Below are positions 1-10,680 of a DNA stretch of 64,000 bases, in pieces (the first letter of the stretch is position 1; every line of letters begins with the position of its first letter). Origin of the DNA: Phycisphaerae bacterium (GTDB lineage: Bacteria; Planctomycetota; Phycisphaerae; UBA1845); assembly GCA_963666835.2 (NCBI GenBank), contig CAXXGO010000006.1:384001-448000 (forward strand), given 5' to 3'. A program made the position numbers and the translations under genes. The notes beneath the pieces were generated by a model that searched no databases, was not told where the DNA came from, and saw only the letters and a program-made list of their open reading frames with translations.

Positions 1-3000
1 CGTGCTTGCCGAATACGCCGTAGCGGTCGAGATCTGCCCACGCGGAGTATAGTCGAACGCCAACACGCCGACCGTGGTGTCGAGGGTCTCGTCCATTGGG
101 GACGGGAGCGGGGGCGGATAGGTGATGTTGACCTCGGTGAGCTGGTCGAACGGTGGTGTGGTGGGGTCGTGCGGCGCAGTCGGCCAGGAGCCGTAGTGGA
201 AGTCGAGTTTGATGTTGCGTTGGTCGGTCCGCTGGGCGACGCGGCCGTCCACGGTGTACCGGAACTGGAGCATATCGCTTGCGCTGGGCTGGCCGGCTTC
301 GCCGCCGCTGGTGGCCGTGGCGGGGTATTGGATCGCCCCGACCAGGCTCGGCGCGTGGGAGACTACGTCGGAATGGTCCGAATCCGACCCGTTGACCAGC
401 GTCGCGTTGTAGATGAAGCGGGTGGCCTGGACGGTGGCGTCGGTCACGCTCACGCCGGTGCCCGCGAAGTCGTTGTCGGCGTCTTCGGTCCAGGTGATCG
501 AGGTTGGGTCGATATCAAGGTACTCGGTCGGATCCTCGGGCACGATGGCGACGATCATGTCCTGCAAGCCGCCGCGCGTGTAGTGATAGGCCTTGTAGCG
601 GACGGGGCCCTCGTACGGAAACCCGTCGTCCGGGTCCCAGTTCTCGGCGACCAGCAGGGTCCGCCCGAGCAGGTCGAACCAGGTCTTGGTGACGATGCCC
701 TTGGGATCGCGGACATAGTCGCGCCGGCCGGCGGCGTCGTAGTCGTAGAGGGTGATGATGGCGGTGTCCGGTGAGACGGGAGTCTGGCCGATCTTGTACT
801 CCGAGACAACCCACTCCGGCGGAGCGCCCGCGTTGTAGTCTAGCGGGGCCACAGTGTTCGTCGTGTATCCGTCAGCGGCGCCCGTTCCGTAGTTGGCCGT
901 GGCAATGAGGCGTTTTGTGTAGGGGTGGTACCAGTTGTACGTGTACGTGATGACGGCATTGCCGGTGGTAGCGATACCTCCCGTGGTATCGTGCTTGCGG
1001 TCGAAGTGCGTCTCGGAAAGAACATTGCCGAAGGCGTCGTAGGTACGTTTCGTGCGGGTCAGCTCGGTGCCGCCGCAGGTGCCCTTGGTGGAGCCCTCTT
1101 CGCTGCAGAAGCTGGTTTCGGTTACCCGGCCGAGGGAGTCGTAAGTGTTGACCGTGATGCCGTTGGGGGTCAGGCTGGCCGTGACGCGGTCGAGGTCGTC
1201 GCGGTAGGTTTTGGTGAAGGTGTAGTCGTCGTCGGTCTTTCTACTCGGATCGTATGTGCGCTGTTCATAGACGCGGCCGCGCTCGTCGTAGAGCGTGAGG
1301 GAGACCGTCTGCGGACTCTGCTGATTCGTACGCGCGCAGACTTCGTTGGCCGCGGTTTCCGGGGCGAGTTTCGCCCAGGCTTCGATCTCGTCAAGCGTCG
1401 GGAAGGTGCCGCCGGGCGGCCAGGTGGCCACAATCACGGGGCGATTAAGATTGTCGAAGACCGTGGCGGTCGTCGAGAGCAGTGCGGGGTTGCCGCAGTC
1501 GTGCCCGGCGCCGTCGACGACGACCTCCTTGGTGATAACCGGTCGGCCGCGCCAGTCGTAGGTGTATTGGGTGTCGCGGCTGGGGGTATCCTCGTCGAAC
1601 GACGTCATGCAGGACTCGGCGTTGTCGGTGAAGCGGCGGACGCGGACGAGTTTCCCGGCGTCGTTGGGGAAGTCGTCATTGCCCGAGACCAGTTCGTCGT
1701 TGGATTCGTAATCCGGATCGCCGTCGTTGTAGAGGCGTTGTTCTGACAGGACCATGTCGTCGTTGCTGCCCGAGAAGACGCGCGGGAACCAGTCGGAGCA
1801 GCCGTCGGCCGAGCCCTTGAAGATCTTCGTGGGCCGGCGTTTCGAGTCGAACAGCAGGCGGGTAATGGTCCCGTCCGGCTCCTTCTGCCGGGCGATGCGG
1901 TCTTCGAGATCGTAGGCGTACTCACGCACAACCGTGCGCCGCGCATCGACGTCGGGGTCGCTGGGGTTCTTCTTGAACTCGTTGAAGACGATATCGTGAG
2001 TCGGCTTGAGCGTGGAGGCCTGGCGATAGTCCCTGAAACTGCGGGCGAGGGTGACGAGTTGGTCGCCGGTGGCGGGGGGCCATTGGATGGCCGCCCCTTC
2101 CATGGGAATGGACGGCGTCCAGCCGCCGGCGCCGAGACCGTAGATATACTGGTTGCAGTTGTTGACGCCGCAATTGAGCCAGTTGTCACCCGGAATACCA
2201 TCACCCGAGGACAACTCCCCCCAAGCGTCGATCGCGCCATCGTACCCGTAATCCAAAAGCGAGATGCCCCATCCGAAGTCCTCGATCTTGTCGGTGGTAT
2301 CCGATCGGGCGTCGTTCCACGCGATTATGCGTTGTTCGATGAACTTGCCGGACTTGTCCATGACGTTGACGGTGGTTGTGCCGTGGACGTGGTCCTCAGA
2401 GCCTTCTCCCACAGACTTTTCTTCGACGCCCTCGTAGGTGATCTCGTAGACGTACGGATCCTGCCATTCAAGCGAAGTAACGCTCCCGCTAGTGTGTCGA
2501 AGGGTTCGGTTGGCCAGAATCTTGTGGTCGGTGCGGATGCTCTGTGCCCAATCGTCCGGTGTCCATAAGCTCGGATCGTCTGTGAAGGCGCCGGACATGG
2601 GGATTCCAGCGGTTTGGGAGCTGAGCAACCCGACGTCGTCAAACTGCCGGACCGAGGCCAAGTTAACGGCGTCCGGAGCCCCGGCGTCCCCATGACGCGC
2701 GAATCCGACGTCGGCGCAGGTCGCGTTTTCGCTGACCTCGCTGTCCAAGGTAGCCAGAGCGTCCAGATCGAAGTCGTTTATCTCGATGTTCGGCCGACCC
2801 AGATCGTCAAACCCATAATACGTAAGGAAGAACGGCGCTGTCGGTGTCGGGTGACTGGCGGTTGTCGTTGCCGGAAGAACAACCTTCCCGGCGATCGGGG
2901 ATCCTCCGCCGATGAGCGGGGGGTCTACGGGCGCCGACACCGTGGGGGCTACGCCGCTGCCGCGCCCATAAAGCCGGAGCCGTCCGCTAGTGTCGAAATA

Positions 3001-6000
3001 CCACATCTCCAGGGCAACGTTGTCGGTGCCGCCGTTCTCGCGATCGACGACTTCCTCCCAACGCCATTTCCATTTGACGACATCCTGCTTGTTGTCGTCT
3101 TCGCCATGGAAGGTGTAGTCGTAGTTGACCAGGATGGCGCCGTCCTCCGGCAGGGAAAGGAGGGTTACCGGTTCCTGGTTTTGGAGATCTACGTAGCGGA
3201 GGAAGTCCATGCAGGGGTAGCCCTCGGGGCAGAAACACCCTGGTTTATGCCCGAATTCGGAAGGATCCACGCACAAGGCCTCATCGCCGATCCAGCACTG
3301 CCCAGTCCCGACTGTCCCGGCAGGGTCGTTTACGAGATCAGCGTAGTCGTCGCTGTCGAGTTCCGGCCATTCGTAGTACGATGCTTCGACGAGCGGCAAG
3401 TCCAAGACTACCGTGGGGTCCGAGGTGTCGGGCTGACGTTCGTAATGCTGCGTCAGACCGACGATGGTCAACTGCTCCGGCATCACCCGTTGAACGGGGA
3501 CACTCTCCAGAACACTGGGCGTCTTGCATTGCTGGTTGTACAGGTTGCCGCCCTTCGATCCCTTGGCGATCCCGCGCAATACCGAGTGCCAACCACCCTC
3601 GCCGCCGAACAGGTGCGTCACTACGCGCCCCGTGTCCTTCACGGCCTCTATGCCGTTGTGGCGCAGAGCTGCTACCCAACTTTCGTCATAGATGTGCTTG
3701 GCCTGCCCGCGCTCGTTGACCAGTTCGTACCTCTGGTCGTCCACCAGAGAGGTCCGGTCGCCGTCGTAACCCGGGGTGAGGATCAGCCGGTCGCTCAGAG
3801 CGATTCCGTAGTAGTTCATCACTACCACTCGCCGGGTCTTCACCTTGGCGGGCATGCGGAAGTAATGGCTCGTCAGGGACAGGCCGGAGACGCCTCCGAA
3901 AGAGGCGGGACGATCCTCGGCCGGGGCCGCATCCAGGACCAGGCGGAAGTCATCCTCATAGATCGGGAAATCGCTTCGATCGTCGCTGTCTCCGTAGAAC
4001 TCCTCGCTGGTCTGGGGGAGAATCTCATCCACGATCGTAATGTTGTGCGGGTCGGCGAACGAGGTTATCCGGTTCGCATCGGCGTAGACCCCGGACGCGG
4101 CCCCGAGATAATCGAACCGATATAGGTGCATTTCACCGTCGCCGCCGCGCATTCTGGCGGTCTTGATCATGTGTTTGCGAAGCCGCGGAACGGCGTCGGG
4201 AATACCCATCCTCTCCAGTTCGGTGGGGTCGTACGTCCCGGCGTTTTCCGGGCAAGAGCAGGCCGCTTTGCATCCCTCGCCACCACACGCGTAGCGGGCG
4301 AAGCACCAGCCGCAATCCTGCCGCACAAACGGGCTGCAGTCAGGGTCGGTGTGTATCTCCGGTGAATACGCGTCTTGCCAGAGTCCTTCGCCGTCGCAAA
4401 CGTTGGCCGGCAAGTAGTTCAGTGGGCTGTCGGGCATTCCGAGGGTCGGATAGTCCCAGCAACGCCCGATGTAGGGGGCGTCATCGTAGCAGGGCTCGAT
4501 TCCGGCGTCGCGGAGTGTGTACGGATTGTAGTACGTGTACCACTGCGACGCGTACATGATCAGCGGGAGTTCATCGCCGTCGGGACCCACGGCGGCCGTG
4601 TCGGCCAGACGCAGAATGTCGTCCGGTTCGGAGATTGTCGGATCAGCATCGATAATCGCCTGTACGGCCTGCGGGTCGAAGACGGCCTTGAGGAAGCCGA
4701 AATCGTTATAGCGGTATAGCCAAACCTGCTCGATATAGTTGTCCGGAGCGTCCTGGTCGGGACGCACCCGCACGATGCGCTTTATGAGATTGACTCCAGA
4801 CGGCGCGGCCGGGGGAGAGTCCGACGTGAAACCATCCATCCACGGCTTCTCTCTATCCTGCGGCCCGCGGAAGTTCGGGTCCGGCACGCAGTCGGAGTGC
4901 ACGTTGGGTTTGTTCAGCGCTGCCGCGGGGTCGGTACTGCTGTCCATAACGGTGCAGTCGATGCCCGTCCCACCGCAGAGTGACGATTCCCATGCGTCCC
5001 CATCCGCTTCGTCATATGTACCGTCGCCATCCGCATCATAGAATAGGGAGTCTACCCCGTCCCCGTTGATGTCCGCGGAAAACGGAGTGAAGTAGTAATA
5101 CTTCGGCGCATTGAGTGCCTTGGGAGTGAAGTTGTAGTAGTAGTCCGGGGGAGTGCCGTCATCCGGTGGGGCGTGTTCGAGCAACAACCAGATCGGGTTG
5201 TTCCGCGCGTAGACGTACTGCACCTGATAGGTCCACGGGTCCGCCAACGTCGCCGCCTCCCCCGCAGGGCGACAATCCAGCGCGGTGTCACCGCCCGGCA
5301 TAATAGCCGCATGGTCGCCGGAGGTGGCGGGCACGAATGGATGCCTGCCGCTGGCGCAATCGCTGCTGTTCGGATCCGTGTCATCATAAGGAATCGCCCG
5401 AAGATGCACGAGCAGCGGGTTATCCTCACCATCCTCGTCGATCAGTCCATCTTCGTCGTCATCCCAATGGGCGAACGGATCCATTGGCGTGTCCGACGGA
5501 TCGCCATTTGAATCAGGCCTCCAATAGAGGGGGTTTTTGCATTCAGTGTAATTGCCCGGCGTCGCCCCGAAGATCCCAATCGAATAGGGCATTGCACTGT
5601 AACGCGAGTTTCCGGGCGCCCAACAATCACTCGCGGAGTCGTACCCGCTGCGGATGACGTCCTGACAGGCCGTGCAAGCCGCTGGACTGTTGATGCCCGC
5701 TAGGTATGGCAATTGGTTATTGGTGTCTTCGTCGGTGAGCCAATCGCCATCATCATCCACGCCCTGTATCCCTGGACATCCGTCCGGCGTCTCAGGCGGA
5801 GTGGTATCGCCGGGCCCGTCGCTGTCGACGTAATCCACCATCGGTTCGATCGCCAAGCTTTGCCTGAAGGTCATGTTTGGCCTCGCGGGTGATGTTCCCA
5901 AAAGGTCGATCGGTGGATATCTCGTCGCCTCGTCCCCCTCTCCAATCGTGCTGCCCCAGACCGAGTAATCATCCTGGAAAGGCGCCCCGTTGATTAGCGC

Positions 6001-7467
6001 AACTTCGTCATCTACGCCCTTCTTGTATGCCTGCACTGTCAACAAGGTTGTCTCATCCATAAGTTCGGGAAGACGCCCGAACTCCCAGTCGGATTGCGGA
6101 AGATGCGAGTAGATTGACCGCCACTGTCGCCATGCGTCATTGCCATTGGGCGGAACATCCTCGCGAGAGATGCAATCGCTCTCGGGATGCTCAAACACAA
6201 ATGCGATGGTCCACTCCGCCGCGGCGGGGTCTGTCTCATCCGCGTCTGCCGAGAACAGCCGCACTGTGCGCAGTCTCTTATGCGGAAGCCGCCAGGCATT
6301 GGGGGTTGGGTGATATGCCTCCGGCAGGTGTCCAAAGCTGGAATCACCCTGATTCTGCTCTGAGATGAAGGGAGCGTGGAGAACGCCGTTCGGCGGTACC
6401 TTGAAGTCGGTGTGCCAGCCGTATTTGGGTACTCGATCAAAAACCACGCGGTTGCCGTACTCGTCCCCGACGGCGGATGCTACCGATGCTCCGGACACCG
6501 CTCCGTCTTCGTCCCATTCGCCGTTGGGAATCGTGGCTTGCCGCGGCCACGTGGCGGAGCGCTCGAAATCCACGAGAAGGCGTCCCCCGTCTAGTTCGAG
6601 CTTCTGATACGTGTAAATGTTGTGGTAGTTCGGAAAGTAATCTTTGCCGATGCGAACGTTGCTGCCGTTCAGGTCGAGCGACACATTGAACACCGGGTCC
6701 AAGCCGCGAGCATGAAGCCAGGGCTCGCGAAACGCCGACGGGCACTCCCCGGTCAGCGTCCCGTCGAGGTTTGCGCGGATCTTGCTGGCCTGATACAACC
6801 CTCGCGACAGTTGGAGGTTGAACGACGACCGCAGGCCCCAACCCTGAAAGCCTACCTCGGCAGATGGATTGTAGATGGTTGGTTTGTGGACGTTCGTCTC
6901 GGCTTCATTGGGGCAGATCACTCCATAGTCCGGCGAAGGACCGAATTCGAGTGCCCAATACGGCTGGCCCCCGAGCCAATTCGGGCTGGCGCGGTAGCCG
7001 TGCCACGAGATGTCCTCGCCCGGATGCCAGCGAGCTTCCGTCCAGGGCAACGAGAAGTCGCTCGGTCCTTGCGCAAGCGTTCCTGCGGTTCCGACCTGCG
7101 GTGACGGCTCCGAGCTGCCCAACGTACTCATCTGGTTCCGGTACACCAAAGCACCGGCGTTGAGCGTGAAGTTAAGTCCCTGTTGGGGGGCTGCCCCCGA
7201 GAACAGAATCACCCCATCCTGCCGGGCAAGCTGCGAATGGGGCGCGCGATCCGGGTGGAGCATACGATTCTCCGGCCCGTTGCCCACGCAGAAGAAGTCC
7301 TTGCTCGGTGGGATCGAGTTCATAAACGGCGAGAGCGCTTCAGGTGCAGGGTGGGCTTCAAACTCATCTTCGCCCAAAACGGAACTCGTCGCGACGTACA
7401 GCACCGTAAGCAAAGTCACAAGACCTAACCGACAGACCGTCATCTCGTCTACGGATTGCGTATGCAT
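1..7467 (-). CDS. Giant RHS/YD-repeat protein with N-terminal Sec-type signal peptide; 3'-partial (>=2489 aa, C-terminus outside window)
   Basis: Manual translation from ATG at 7467 (MHTQSVDEMTVCRLGLVTLLTVLYVATSSVLG-EDEFE...). No minus-strand ORF in this frame appears in the track, and long antisense shadow ORFs lie in register, so the frame is open to the edge. YD motifs include YAYDLEDRIARQ, YTYDWRGRP, YDERGRVY, YDSLGRVT, YDAFGNV, YDYDAAGRRDYVRDPKG and FDYTPRGQ. Confidence 0.9.
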   Translation of the reverse strand, partial: MHTQSVDEMTVCRLGLVTLLTVLYVATSSVLGEDEFEAHPAPEALSPFMNSIPPSKDFFCVGNGPENRMLHPDRAPHSQLARQDGVILFSGAAPQQGLNFTLNAGALVYRNQMSTLGSSEPSPQVGTAGTLAQGPSDFSLPWTEARWHPGEDISWHGYRASPNWLGGQPYWALEFGPSPDYGVICPNEAETNVHKPTIYNPSAEVGFQGWGLRSSFNLQLSRGLYQASKIRANLDGTLTGECPSAFREPWLHARGLDPVFNVSLDLNGSNVRIGKDYFPNYHNIYTYQKLELDGGRLLVDFERSATWPRQATIPNGEWDEDGAVSGASVASAVGDEYGNRVVFDRVPKYGWHTDFKVPPNGVLHAPFISEQNQGDSSFGHLPEAYHPTPNAWRLPHKRLRTVRLFSADADETDPAAAEWTIAFVFEHPESDCISREDVPPNGNDAWRQWRSIYSHLPQSDWEFGRLPELMDETTLLTVQAYKKGVDDEVALINGAPFQDDYSVWGSTIGEGDEATRYPPIDLLGTSPARPNMTFRQSLAIEPMVDYVDSDGPGDTTPPETPDGCPGIQGVDDDGDWLTDEDTNNQLPYLAGINSPAACTACQDVIRSGYDSASDCWAPGNSRYSAMPYSIGIFGATPGNYTECKNPLYWRPDSNGDPSDTPMDPFAHWDDDEDGLIDEDGEDNPLLVHLRAIPYDDTDPNSSDCASGRHPFVPATSGDHAAIMPGGDTALDCRPAGEAATLADPWTYQVQYVYARNNPIWLLLEHAPPDDGTPPDYYYNFTPKALNAPKYYYFTPFSADINGDGVDSLFYDADGDGTYDEADGDAWESSLCGGTGIDCTVMDSSTDPAAALNKPNVHSDCVPDPNFRGPQDREKPWMDGFTSDSPPAAPSGVNLIKRIVRVRPDQDAPDNYIEQVWLYRYNDFGFLKAVFDPQAVQAIIDADPTISEPDDILRLADTAAVGPDGDELPLIMYASQWYTYYNPYTLRDAGIEPCYDDAPYIGRCWDYPTLGMPDSPLNYLPANVCDGEGLWQDAYSPEIHTDPDCSPFVRQDCGWCFARYACGGEGCKAACSCPENAGTYDPTELERMGIPDAVPRLRKHMIKTARMRGGDGEMHLYRFDYLGAASGVYADANRITSFADPHNITIVDEILPQTSEEFYGDSDDRSDFPIYEDDFRLVLDAAPAEDRPASFGGVSGLSLTSHYFRMPAKVKTRRVVVMNYYGIALSDRLILTPGYDGDRTSLVDDQRYELVNERGQAKHIYDESWVAALRHNGIEAVKDTGRVVTHLFGGEGGWHSVLRGIAKGSKGGNLYNQQCKTPSVLESVPVQRVMPEQLTIVGLTQHYERQPDTSDPTVVLDLPLVEASYYEWPELDSDDYADLVNDPAGTVGTGQCWIGDEALCVDPSEFGHKPGCFCPEGYPCMDFLRYVDLQNQEPVTLLSLPEDGAILVNYDYTFHGEDDNKQDVVKWKWRWEEVVDRENGGTDNVALEMWYFDTSGRLRLYGRGSGVAPTVSAPVDPPLIGGGSPIAGKVVLPATTTASHPTPTAPFFLTYYGFDDLGRPNIEINDFDLDALATLDSEVSENATCADVGFARHGDAGAPDAVNLASVRQFDDVGLLSSQTAGIPMSGAFTDDPSLWTPDDWAQSIRTDHKILANRTLRHTSGSVTSLEWQDPYVYEITYEGVEEKSVGEGSEDHVHGTTTVNVMDKSGKFIEQRIIAWNDARSDTTDKIEDFGWGISLLDYGYDGAIDAWGELSSGDGIPGDNWLNCGVNNCNQYIYGLGAGGWTPSIPMEGAAIQWPPATGDQLVTLARSFRDYRQASTLKPTHDIVFNEFKKNPSDPDVDARRTVVREYAYDLEDRIARQKEPDGTITRLLFDSKRRPTKIFKGSADGCSDWFPRVFSGSNDDMVLSEQRLYNDGDPDYESNDELVSGNDDFPNDAGKLVRVRRFTDNAESCMTSFDEDTPSRDTQYTYDWRGRPVITKEVVVDGAGHDCGNPALLSTTATVFDNLNRPVIVATWPPGGTFPTLDEIEAWAKLAPETAANEVCARTNQQSPQTVSLTLYDERGRVYEQRTYDPSRKTDDDYTFTKTYRDDLDRVTASLTPNGITVNTYDSLGRVTETSFCSEEGSTKGTCGGTELTRTKRTYDAFGNVLSETHFDRKHDTTGGIATTGNAVITYTYNWYHPYTKRLIATANYGTGAADGYTTNTVAPLDYNAGAPPEWVVSEYKIGQTPVSPDTAIITLYDYDAAGRRDYVRDPKGIVTKTWFDLLGRTLLVAENWDPDDGFPYEGPVRYKAYHYTRGGLQDMIVAIVPEDPTEYLDIDPTSITWTEDADNDFAGTGVSVTDATVQATRFIYNATLVNGSDSDHSDVVSHAPSLVGAIQYPATATSGGEAGQPSASDMLQFRYTVDGRVAQRTDQRNIKLDFHYGSWPTAPHDPTTPPFDQLTEVNITYPPPLPSPMDETLDTTVGVLAFDYTPRGQISTATAYSAST

Positions 7468-7641
7468 TATCTTGACCCCAACTAGTCTGCGGCACCGTGC
7501 CGCCCCTCGAGTTCGTCGTTATTCATGAGGCTCGCCACTCCGCGTACCGGCATGCCGAGCCAGTTATTTTGCAATTGTGCTGCTCCAGCCAAACGATGCC
7601 GACGCACGAGATCGAGTTTGATCGCTGCGCCAAGCGAGTGG

Positions 7642-10600
7642 TCATTGAGGGGTTGCGATCTTGCAGTCCTCCGTGCAACCACTTACCGGATCCCCATTAA
7701 GAAGTGGCCCACGATCGCACTCCTCGGCAGGCCAGAACAGGTAGGCGTCATCGACCACACCGTTGCCACACAAGGGACTGGGCGTTGGTGGTGGCGGTGG
7801 CGGTGGCGGTGTCCCATCAATGATTTCGCAGGTCCATGGATTACACCACCACGCCCCGGATGCCGAAGTCCCCTCCGCAGCGCTCGCCCAATCGCATTCT
7901 TCGTCGCCCGCTTCGCACGGACCTTCGTAGCCAAGAGCGGTTAGCTCGTCGCAATGCCCCGTGCCTGCACCTTGGACAACCCCATCGCCGCAGACCCAAT
8001 GGCACGTAGCATCGCAGAACCGCCAATCCTCGAATCCGCAGTCATTACCACAACCCGGATCGCACTGCTCGCCGGGATCAATACTCCCGTTGCCGCAATC
8101 CGGCAGCTCGAAACATGCCCACTGGTTGGAGCCGTTCTTCCACGCGTATGCGCAGACTTCGTCGTCGCCATCGCACACGTCGTCGCCGTGCCACCACTTG
8201 CATCGATCAGCCGGGTAGACGTGTATGTTGTCAATAGAGAGTCTGGCCAACGTGGCAGTATCACCCTCCGCGGGTTCCGTCGTACGGGTCACGCCGACGG
8301 CCACCTTCACGCCGCGAGATTCCTCTGGAACCAGACGCCCCAATTCTGCGACTCTGGACGCCGCCGTGTGGTACTTGTTGGTGGTGCTTCCCCCATCCTT
8401 GTAATAGAAGATCTGCACAGTTTCAGAATCTCCGTACCATAGACAACCATACTCCGAATCGTAGTAGTAGAGGGCGTTCGTATTGACGAGGAAACGGAGC
8501 GTGATCAGGTCGTTCCGCGGGTAATAGGTGGCGTCTCCCACGGCGGTCGGCCCGCGCAGCGCGCTGAAGTTGTCCGAGGTACCGTAAACCGATTCGAGAT
8601 CAGCATCCTCATACTCGATCTTGATCAGATTCGTAGGTACGCCATCGCCGCTCAATCTAAGGTGGATTCGCTCGGCGTCATCGAGATCCTCGCCGCAGGA
8701 ATCCAGAACATAAAGATCGAAGGCGACTCCTGCCGTCATTGCGTCTATCTGCAGATCGATCTCAATTCCGAAGATGCTCCAATTACCGCGGTCGGGCTCG
8801 CCGAAGGCAGGAACGCTGATGCACTCCCCGAGCGGGAGTTGCTGCCCGGGAGTCTTCGCGAGCCAGGTGAATCCTTCCTCAACGTGTCCGAATACGGAGA
8901 GCTCGAGCTGGCTAATCTCGGGGTCGCCCTCTGCCGTAATCGCAGCCCCGGCGTGCCAGGTCTCTACGGGGGGATCGCCCCCGTCCGACTCCATCCAACC
9001 ATCAGCGGTTAACCACCACCCGGAATCGCGTGCAGCCTCGATGGGATCGGGGGCGACGGCAAGATCGTCAAAGGTCTCGATATACCCGTTCTCGTCGTCC
9101 GGAACGCATACCGCGGGAAAGGGCTCGCAGAGCGTCGGATCGCCCGTACAATCGACCGCCGCTCGGCAGAGATCGCTCTCGTCATCGTTGTCGCAATCGC
9201 AATCACATCGGCCACTGTAATCGCAGGCCAGTTCGTCGATCCAGTCCGAAACAAGGCAATCGTCGCCATCCGGGCAGACATCTGCACCGAAACAGATGCC
9301 GTCATTATCGTAGTCGGTCAGGTAGACGGACGGGGCACTAACACCATCGTCGCACGTGGCGGCATTACTCGCTTGACATGCCTCGCCAATGCCGTTGCGG
9401 TCGCAATCACGCTGCTCTGGGTTTGGGGTCCTGGGGCAGTTGTCGCACGGATTCGCGTGCTCGTCACCGTCAACGTCATTTTTGCCGCCGCCACCGGCAT
9501 CGGGGGGGTACCACGCGCACAGCCAATCGGCCAGCGTGGTGGAGATGTCGCGTGCCGTTCCCGGTTCGGCGGAGAAAGGCGGCAGGGGGGCTATGCGGGC
9601 AAAGTTGCCTTGTGGCTGCGGACTTGCGCAGTTAGCCACGTTAGCGATTTCATTGAGGAATCCATCTCGGCCCGGCTCGGCCGGTTGTTGGCAGTAGTCG
9701 TTACGCTCTTCACCTTCCTCTTCGACCTTGTAGGGCTCGTCTTTCTCCTCGCAGCCGTTGGGGACAAAGAGTGAACGATGCCAATCGGGACCGAGACGAA
9801 CGGTATTGACCGTGATACCAGCTTCACGCGCGGCGTTCGCCACGTCACGAATATGACAGGCTCGGTTGCAGAGTTCGTCATCGTAACAATACGCGGTCGC
9901 GTCGGCGCAGTCGACATTGGTCTCGTTACATGCGGTCTCCGATTGGCCGTAGCACGCCGGCGGGCACGGGGACGGAAGGCGGTATTCGCCCGTGCTCAGG
10001 AGGATGATGTACTTCTCGGCACCAGCGAGCGACGGTTCCTGATTCGGATCCTGCAGAAGCTGGGTTGCTTCGCGGATGCCAGCCTCCATGAGGCCGGCTG
10101 AATAGTGCCCGGAGGGCTCCAGGTTGAGTGCTCTTTGGATCAGCTCCTCACGGCGAGCTTCCGTGTACATCTGCGTCATCGGTATCCAGTTGGTTGGTGA
10201 TTCGTATTGCGCGGCGTCCAGCTGTGGAAACTGAAGGATGCCGAATGTGTAGGTATCGTCGGACCAGAGGCCTGGAAGATCGAAGAAGTCTGCGATCCCC
10301 TCTTTTGCCAACTCGAAGTAGTCGGGACCGATGCGGGGGAACATGCTTTGCGAACTGTCGATTACGAAGACGATTGCTCTTTCGGGCGGATCCGGTTCCG
10401 GTAGTGGGCCCGGATCTTGCCCTCCCCCGCCTCCACCGGTGTACACGTGGCAGTCGTCACCATCGCAGACGATGTTAGCGAGCTGCGCATCGATGATCCC
10501 TGCGAGGTCTGGGGGAATAGTGATCTCGTACCCCTGGTCCGGTTCTTCCAAGCCTCCGCCCTCGCTGCGGGCGGCCTGGCTGGGGGTGGGTTCGGCGGTC

Positions 10601-10680
10601 CAGTTGAGGACGCCGTAGAACAGCGCTACGCAGAGGCCGGCGAGTAGCGATACGAGCACTTTCCTTCTGAGCAAGAACAT
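7642..10680 (-). CDS. Secreted or anchored vWA-domain protein with TSP3-like Ca-binding repeats and Myxococcus-type Cys-rich (CGNG..EECD) repeats, 1012 aa
   Basis: N-terminal hydrophobic segment; MIDAS motif IVFVIDSSQSM; DVDGDEHANPCDNCP..DCDRNGIGEAC; CGNGSIDPGEQCD, CGDGVVQ..EECD, CGNGVVD..EECD; poly-Pro linker. Confidence 0.8.
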   Translation of the reverse strand: MFLLRRKVLVSLLAGLCVALFYGVLNWTAEPTPSQAARSEGGGLEEPDQGYEITIPPDLAGIIDAQLANIVCDGDDCHVYTGGGGGGQDPGPLPEPDPPERAIVFVIDSSQSMFPRIGPDYFELAKEGIADFFDLPGLWSDDTYTFGILQFPQLDAAQYESPTNWIPMTQMYTEARREELIQRALNLEPSGHYSAGLMEAGIREATQLLQDPNQEPSLAGAEKYIILLSTGEYRLPSPCPPACYGQSETACNETNVDCADATAYCYDDELCNRACHIRDVANAAREAGITVNTVRLGPDWHRSLFVPNGCEEKDEPYKVEEEGEERNDYCQQPAEPGRDGFLNEIANVANCASPQPQGNFARIAPLPPFSAEPGTARDISTTLADWLCAWYPPDAGGGGKNDVDGDEHANPCDNCPRTPNPEQRDCDRNGIGEACQASNAATCDDGVSAPSVYLTDYDNDGICFGADVCPDGDDCLVSDWIDELACDYSGRCDCDCDNDDESDLCRAAVDCTGDPTLCEPFPAVCVPDDENGYIETFDDLAVAPDPIEAARDSGWWLTADGWMESDGGDPPVETWHAGAAITAEGDPEISQLELSVFGHVEEGFTWLAKTPGQQLPLGECISVPAFGEPDRGNWSIFGIEIDLQIDAMTAGVAFDLYVLDSCGEDLDDAERIHLRLSGDGVPTNLIKIEYEDADLESVYGTSDNFSALRGPTAVGDATYYPRNDLITLRFLVNTNALYYYDSEYGCLWYGDSETVQIFYYKDGGSTTNKYHTAASRVAELGRLVPEESRGVKVAVGVTRTTEPAEGDTATLARLSIDNIHVYPADRCKWWHGDDVCDGDDEVCAYAWKNGSNQWACFELPDCGNGSIDPGEQCDPGCGNDCGFEDWRFCDATCHWVCGDGVVQGAGTGHCDELTALGYEGPCEAGDEECDWASAAEGTSASGAWWCNPWTCEIIDGTPPPPPPPPTPSPLCGNGVVDDAYLFWPAEECDRGPLLNGDPVSGCTEDCKIATPQ

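Noticed and set aside
169..7428. Long + strand ORFs (e.g. 2614-4125, 925-1746)
   Set aside because: Codon-register antisense shadows of the minus-strand RHS gene; V/G/R-rich with no motifs.
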